Shown piece after piece: positions 56,825 to 64,000 of a stretch of 64,000 bases of DNA (positions are counted from its first letter, which is position 1; each line of letters opens with the position of its first letter). A program made the position numbers and the translations under genes. Under the pieces are notes generated by a model. It was not told the origin of the DNA. It ran no database searches and saw only the letters and a list, made by a program, of their open reading frames with translations. This stretch comes from Eledone cirrhosa (Eukaryota). The stretch spans positions 282,038,001-282,102,000 of the forward strand of contig OZ024742.1 in the NCBI GenBank assembly GCA_964016885.1, written 5' to 3'.

Positions 56825-57610
56825 GTTGTTGTTGTTGTTGGTGGTAGTGGTGGTGGTGGTGGTGGTGGTGGTGGTGGTGGTGGTGGTAGTGGTGGTGGTG
56901 GTGGTGGCGGTGGTGGTGGTGGTGATTGTGATGGTTGTAGTGGTGATGGTGTCGGTGGTGGTGGTGGTGGTGGTGGTGGTGGTGGAGGTGGTGATTGTTG
57001 TAGTGGTGATGGTGTCGGTGGTGGTGGTGGTGGTGGTGGTGGTTGTGGTGGTGGTGGTGGAGGTGGTGATTGTGATGGTTGTAGTGGTGATGGTGTCGCT
57101 GGTAGTGGTGGTGGTGGTGGTGGTGGTGATGGTGGTGGAGGTGGTGGTGCAGGTGGTGATTGTGATGGTTGTAGTGGTGGTGGTGTCGGTGGTGGTGGTG
57201 GTGATGGTGGTGGAGGTGGTGATTGTGATGGTTGTAGTGGTGATGGTGTCGCTGGTAGTGGTGGTGGAGGTGGTGATTGTGATGGTTGTAGTGGTGGTGG
57301 TGTCGGTGGTGGTGGTGGTGGTGGTGATGGTGGTGGAGGTGGTGATTGTGATGGTTGTAGTGGTGGTGGTGTCGGTGGTGGTGGTGATTGTGATGGTTGT
57401 AGTAGCGGCGGTGGTGGTGGCGGCGGTGGTGGTGGAGGCGGTGATTGTGATGGTTGTAGTGGCGGTGGTGGTGGCAGCGGCGGTGGTGTTAGTGGCGGCG
57501 ATAATGGTGGTGTTGGTGTTGGTGGTTGTGGAGGATGTGAGTCGTTGTTGTTGTTAGTGGTGGTGGTGGTGGTGGTGGCGGCGATGAACGGTGGGGGTGG
57601 AGGTGGTGGG
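56825..57610. repeat. Complex (GGT)n repeat
   Basis: Recurrent ggtgattgtgatggttgtagtggt modules. Confidence 0.9.
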
Positions 57611-58194
57611 AGTTGGGGAGGATCTGGGTCCTTACAGATGTTGTTTAGCACCCAAGTCAGCAAACTTATTCAAAGTGGTTCCAACCGTAACCATCCTATC
57701 CTCTTTGCACAACAAACACTACAATGTCCAACGTATCCTTCCATATTCGAAATGGTAGATATGTTGTTGTTCGTGGAGGTGGTTGTTGGCGGTGGAATAG
57801 TTTAACCCCAGTTCGGTCTTGATTGAGAACACTTTTGATTATAAAAGACTATCCCATTGCGGGAAGGGGTAAACAAGGTGTTTCTACGTGTAGAATATCT
57901 CATGTGTTCGTCAATGTTGTCGCTGTTGTTGCAGATAAATCCTGATCGGGTAAACCTATGAGCAAACGCATTCCTTCCGTGACTATCCCATATCTTTTGT
58001 TTAAACATGTTGTATCTACTTCTACAATATCTCATGTATCTGTTGTTTAATCCCAGGCTAACCTTGATCTGGTAGACATGTGATATGATCGAAAGCCTTC
58101 CTACCATGACATTGCCCCCTTAATTTTCTTTATTTGAAACATAGTGAGTCAACGACTAAACTACCTAAAGGATCTACTACAACTATTATTAGTG

Positions 58195-58383
58195 TTGGCT
58201 TGGCAGTATCGGTAGAGGGTCGGACGCCATGCTTTGCTGCATAGAGTTAACGGCCCTTTATGATCTGAGTTCAAATCCCACCGAGATTAACTTTGCCTTT
58301 CATCCTTATGGGGTCGATAAAATAAAATACCAGTAATACACTGGGGTAATTGCTGGTCTTGTGACAAAAGTAGAAACAATTAT
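58195..58383 (+). mobile_element. Major SINE
   Basis: Box A/B, core and tail. Confidence 0.87.
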
Positions 58384-60404
58384 CATTGTTGTTGTTGCTG
58401 TTCAAATCCACGTCAACCGAACATATCTGGGACGAAAGTCGTCCTGGTTGTGACCATCCAGTCTAACTACACAGCCTGACAGCATATATTTAAATCCCAG
58501 TTAGCCTTTTTAATGAATGGTGTTTTAGATATCTATCTAGAAATAATCATGTTGTGAGGATAAAAACTAAAGAACAAAAATACTGTATTGTATACGGACT
58601 AAATGTTGTGTGCATTATTTCGGCAGGCACGAGATATAATTGCAGACATGTTGAATGTTGTTATGCCTTCAGTAGCAATGGATGGCTTCACCGTAGTTGT
58701 TAAAGCAGTGATTTCAGTCTACATTATTTAATGCATCCCTCTGCGTCGAAGCCAAACGGCAACAGCAACAACAATAACAACAATAAAACAGCTTCAGTAA
58801 CAAGAATGAGAAGAACAACAGCAATAAATCAAGATGACACTGGGTATATTTTAGGGGAGACAACAAATCTATATCTTTGTGTGTTTGATAAACAGATGTG
58901 GATTCTAATATATTTTCTAAGGTTGTTAAGCCTCAATACCCAATAAACGTTTCAGTTAGATAAATACAAAAGCGGAAAAGAAAAAGAAATGCCCCCGTTA
59001 TACGTATGACATAGGAAATTACGCTGTCAATGTAACTGGAATTTTTTCTCGAAATATTAAATTAATAAGATTTTGTTGGGAAACATATAAATATTTTAAT
59101 ATTAGAGATATGGGGATAATTTAAAGTTATTTCCATTTTAATATAGCCAATATATATGCGATTATATGTCTAAAATTATGAGATAAAAATGTATATTGAA
59201 ATGATTAAGATTTCACTATCTCAACCACATTTGATTTGTTGTGTGAAGGCATATAATCTAGTGGAGTAGGCTATAATATGGTGGGTTCGATTACTAGACC
59301 TGATGATGGGTTGTGTCCTTGAGTATAATAGTTGATTCCATGTTGCACTCGTTCATCCATTTCATGAAAGTGAATACAAAATGATTTAACGTCTTTTGTG
59401 CATTTATATTCATGTGAAAATGGTAGTGGGTTAGAGTAACAGACACATGTTTTGTATTTTTTCCGATCCATAACATTCTGGATTCAAATAATACTGACAC
59501 CATCTTTGCCTTTCATCATTCCGGGCTAGTGAGTTACTGTGTTCAACTATCCCTCTCTTAGCCTAAATTAATAACCATATATTTAGTATGAAAACGCGTC
59601 GCCTAATTAGGTTGCCTAATTAAGTTGGGCTCACAATAACAACATCGTGGGTGCGATTTCCAGAATGGGCGACTCATTGTGTCTTTCAACAAGATATTTC
59701 ATTTCACGATGCTAAAGGAAATGAATACATGTGATAGATGGTGCAGCTGGTAGAAATGGACTAGTGTCCAGTTTAGGTGTGAGTCTTGTACTCTCAGACG
59801 TTTAACGCCTATGAAACCGGAATAAACTCAAGGCTTCGCTCAACGTAAAACTATGAGTGACTCGTAATTGTTGTGTTTGTTATTCTTTTTATTATTCTTA
59901 ATCCCACCAAGGTCAACTTTAACTTTCATCCTTACGGGGTCAATAAAATAAAGCATTAGTAATGCACTGGAGTCGATTTAATCGACTTTCCCTCCCCGAA
60001 AATTGCTAGCCATGTGTCTAAACCAGAAACCATTATTCTTGTTTTGTTTTTTTTGGTATGGCTTCCACCTAAGTAGTTTTAGCCAACTTTCTTTAAGGTC
60101 GTATTTTATAAGAGGTTCCTTGGATGGTTTATTGAAATGGGGTCCCCAGAATTCTTATGTCACCATTCTTCTGATAACAGGGGCCAGGATTTGAACTTAG
60201 AACGGGGCACATATATATGTATGTATGGTCCCGTAACTCCTGATAGAGTCGTAGAGACGCCGTATTGACATACGGCGTTTCTTGGGCATTTTAAGCCTGG
60301 CGGAGCCCATTCCTTTCCAGGCCAGAGTACAGTAGATTTCTTCCAGATGAAAGATAGAAAGTGAGAGAGAGGAAATGAGCAAGAGATGTAGAGGAAGGAT
60401 CCAC

Positions 60405-60848
60405 TCCAGTATTTGACTGGTACTTTTTTTATCGACCTCGAAAGGATGAAAGACAAAGTTGACCTCGGTGAGATTTGAACTCCGAGGGCAAAGAGCCGGA
60501 ACGAATACCATAAAGCATTCTAACCGACGTTCTAACGACTATGTCAATTCACTGCAACGAGACATATGCAACTAGGCAACTCATCCGATACTCTAAGAAT
60601 TTCATCAAGCCTCCGCTCTAGACTGATATATTTTGTTATACACTCATAAATTAGGAATAGCAAAATTGATAATTAATTGTTTCTACTTTAGGCACAAGGC
60701 CAGCAATTACCCGGTTCATTACTAGTACTTTATTTTATCGACCCCGTAAGGATGAAAGGCAAAGTCAACCTCGGCGGGATTTGAACTCAGATCGTAAAGG
60801 GACGTAACTATGTTGGAAAGCATGGCGTCCGACTCTCTACCGATACTA
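60405..60848 (-). mobile_element. Two SINE copies (60405-60553 older; 60675-60848 major family)
   Basis: Core and box B motifs. Confidence 0.75.
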
Positions 60849-61870
60849 TTGATAATTAATGAGCTTCAACTGAGAACGTAGACAGCCAAAACATATATCC
60901 CGATATATTAAACCCGGCGTTCTAACATCTCTGCCAATTTTCCAACTTGTATGAATATACGCAAACGTTCGATGTTCACATATAAGAATACGGTGGCGAT
61001 ACATGTATAGATATGTGTGCGTGTGCGTGTGCGTGTGTGTACGTATCTGTGCACGCGCATGTATGTGTGTGTGTATGTGAGCGTGCATATGCGTGTGTGT
61101 GTATGCGCGCGTGTGTTTGTGTGTATGTGTGTGTGTGCCTGTGTGTGTGTGTATGTGTGTGTGTGTGTGTATGTGTGTGTGTGTGCGCGTGTGTGTGTAT
61201 GCGCGCGTGTTTGTGTGATGTGTGTGTATGTGTGTGTGCCTGTGTGTGTATGTGTGTGGGTGTATGTATGTGTATGTGTGTGTGTGTGTGTGCGTGTGTG
61301 GCATTCTGAACAAGTGAATTTTACCGAAGCCTCTGTCTGACACATACATGCTTGTGTGTGAAATTTGGAAGACAAAGACTATTTGGAAGCCCATCGGATG
61401 GACAGGATCCGTAATTCAAAGAGCCACAGATGTCACACATTGTGCCGCACTGAATCTTTTTGTGAATTACATTAAGGCCACACATGTCTGTAAAATTAAG
61501 TTACTTACAAAGTCAATTTCATGTGGAGATTAATCGATTGATCGCACAACTAGAACTTTTATCTAAACCGACGAAATTCTTTTGTCGTGAGCGTGTGTAT
61601 GTGTATGTGTGTGTGTATGTGTATGTGAGTGTGTATATGTATGTGTGTGTGTATGTGTGTGTGTGTGTGTAAGTGTGTGTGTATGTGTATGTGGTAGGTG
61701 GTGCATTTTTAGCTGCTAGTTGGTGTTTTTGCATATATGTATAAAGACTAAAGCAATGGAATCTATTTTGTCAAACATTGTAAATGGTCGGCTAGATTTG
61801 ATAGACAGATACATAGATAAATAAATAGATGAAATAGTTACAGATTCGAAAATATATTGAGGCATACATA

Positions 61871-61938
<68 letters not shown>

Positions 61939-61940
<2 letters not shown>

Positions 61941-62062
61941 ACGAAGGAAATGTGGTAAGGAACCAGGTGGACCATAACGCACCAAAGTACTCAATACTTG
62001 AGGTAGTCAGAATTAGCCGTCGAAACGGCTTGAGCTCAGCTGTCGGGGTCTTACTGGTTCCT
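61939..62062. mobile_element. Family A copy: inverted tail joined to a tail-less arm
   Basis: 61939-62007 is the reverse-complement tail; 62008-62062 is the cagaattagccgtcgaaac..ggttcc arm. Confidence 0.8.
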
Positions 62063-62155
62063 ATATATATATATATATATATATATAACATATATATATA
62101 TATATATAACATATATATATATATATATATATATATAACATATATATATATATAT

Positions 62156-62525
62156 AACAAAATAAAGATCCGAAGGCATGGTATAACATTCCAATCATTT
62201 TAATCACGACACATGTTTCAATAAGAGATAGATCGATCGTGTGGCCATGATCGATTATTACTGATCTCGTCAGGTGATAAATCAGTGATAATCGATCATG
62301 GCCACACGATCGATCTATCTCTTATTGAAACATGTGTCGTGATTAAAATGATTGAAAATTTATACCATGCCTTCGGATCTTTATTTTGATACAAATACTC
62401 TTCACATCATCTAGCTGTTCCCATAAATGGAATTGGAGATATACAAAAGCGTGGAGAACTTAATATTGCCAGCAAAAGTTTATTGGACCGTATGACACAA
62501 CCAATAATATACCTTACTATATAAC

Positions 62526-62528
<3 letters not shown>
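62156..62528. mobile_element. Family J fold-back with right tail
   Basis: 62158-62265 vs 62281-62388 are inverted; tail runs to 62528. Confidence 0.83.
62203..62278 (-). ncRNA. Type I hammerhead with extended helix II (family J)
   Basis: Minus strand: atcac-CTGACGA-..atcgatc..gatcgat..-GAAA-catgtg-TC-gtgat. Confidence 0.78.
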
Positions 62529-62565
<37 letters not shown>

Positions 62566-62569
<4 letters not shown>

Positions 62570-62772
62570 TTAGCGAGAATCGCATTTCGGCGGGTAGAAA
62601 AAGCGAAACGAAACGCAAAAATCGGAGTTATGCTGGCAATCGCACCATAGTTAAAAAACCAGAGCTAAACAATATGTTAAAACGCTATACAAACTGAAAA
62701 ATTGGTCAAGAAAGCATTACCCACCTAAGCCAAAAACCAAATCAAGCTAAACAGGTCAAAACAAGATAAATG

Positions 62773-62775
<3 letters not shown>
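62566..62775. mobile_element. Family K TA-embedded element (short copy at 32124-32189)
   Basis: aaatt.agc.agaatcg.atttcggc.ggtagaaaaagcgaaacgaaa is shared; both copies start at the same base next to (TA)n. Confidence 0.6.
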
Positions 62776-62861
<86 letters not shown>

Positions 62862-62864
<3 letters not shown>

Positions 62865-63130
62865 TCCCAAAAGTCAGCTCAAAAGTGACACAGAGGAGAC
62901 TGAGGTTAGCTGGACATGCTCACCGACATCCAGAGTTGACATTGCACTCAGTGCTCCTTTGGGAGCTCCTACATGGACACACTAGAAGAGGAAGACCAAG
63001 GTTAACGTATGTTGATGTCCTAAGGACAGACACTGGTCTGTTGGAGATGCAGGACATGGCAGCGATAATGAGGGACAGAGACCGCTGGAGAGAACTCGTC
63101 CATGGATCTCGGGAATTTTACCCGCCTTAA
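62862..63130 (+). mobile_element. RTE-type LINE 3' end
   Basis: RRLRLAGHAHRH..LLWE..GHTRRGRPRLTYVD..MRDRDRWR; (ATAG)n tail. Confidence 0.85.
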
Positions 63131-63659
63131 ATAGATAGATAGATAGATATGTAAACATATATACATGCATATATATATATATATATACATACATACATCT
63201 ATATACATGCATATGTACATACATATATGCATACATGCTTACACACATACATACACACATACATGCATTCATATACAAATACTTAAATAAATATATTCTT
63301 CCATTCTTATATACCGTCATACATACATACATACATACATACATACATACATACATACATACATACATACATACATACATACATACATACATCTAGATTG
63401 CCAGACATGTATTACCCCTATTCCCACGAAAGAGAGCGATTGTCGTTTCTGCTGTATCTCTATTCACATCATATAAGAACCTTATTTTAACATTGAAGCA
63501 ACATCTCTCCAGCAGAGAAAAACATTTCAGCTGCTATCTTCCTCGCGAGTTTATGAACGCAAATGTAAAAACATCGTTAAAATAGCCAATGAACTGGAGG
63601 ACAAGTGTGTAACATATACCAACACTGATCCTTGACTCACTTACTCACATTCTCTCTCT

Positions 63660-63723
<64 letters not shown>

Positions 63724-63797
63724 ACTCACTCACTCACTCTCTCCCCCTCGCCCATTCACTCACTCACTCACTCACTCTCTTTCTCTTCCCTCCACTA

Positions 63798-64000
63798 ATA
63801 ATTGTTTCTACTTTTGGCACAAGACCAGCAATTAGCCCAGTGTATTACTGGTACTTTATTTTATCGACCCCATAAGGATGAAAGGCAAAGTTAACCTCGG
63901 CGTTAAAAGGCAAAGTTGACCTCAGACCATAAAGGGCCGTAACTCTTTGCTTGCAAAGCATGGCGTCCGACCCTCTACCGATACTACCAATCCACTGCCG
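63798..64000 (-). mobile_element. Major SINE
   Basis: Core and head; small internal duplication. Confidence 0.85.

Noticed and set aside
55856-57805. Pro-, Gly- or His-rich ORFs as extensin, collagen or structural proteins
   Set aside because: Open on several frames and both strands because of (GGT)/(GAT) repeats; no unique domain or splice support. They cannot be fully excluded without RNA data.
57802-58107. 101-aa minus-strand ORF in unique sequence
   Set aside because: No recognisable motif or exon structure; length is compatible with chance.

Overview
AT-rich, microsatellite-saturated eukaryotic DNA with a 200-N scaffold gap. The SINE repertoire and repeat landscape suggest an octopus-like cephalopod (inference). 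No host protein-coding gene can be supported, and nearly all listed ORFs are microsatellite artefacts. Recognisable elements are an internally deleted mariner, a decayed Penelope-like element (RT + GIY-YIG, Naiad-like), CR1/Jockey-type and RTE LINE fragments, bipartite RTE derivatives, non-autonomous Helitrons, many tRNA-derived SINEs and a 26 x 46-bp minisatellite. The main discovery is that the (TA)n tracts host at least a dozen different families of short non-coding elements carrying type I hammerhead ribozymes (HHRs), read by eye as CUGANGA...GAAA...NUH with paired helices and mostly palindromic helix III. They are arranged as head-to-head fold-backs with a one-sided tail and/or as 310-475 bp tandem monomers (retrozyme-like). 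Several HHRs have very long helix II insertions or core variants. One family's tail is fused to the Penelope-like RT fragment, suggesting a TA-targeting ecosystem of ribozyme RNAs mobilised by Penelope-like machinery. Family letters are my own labels.
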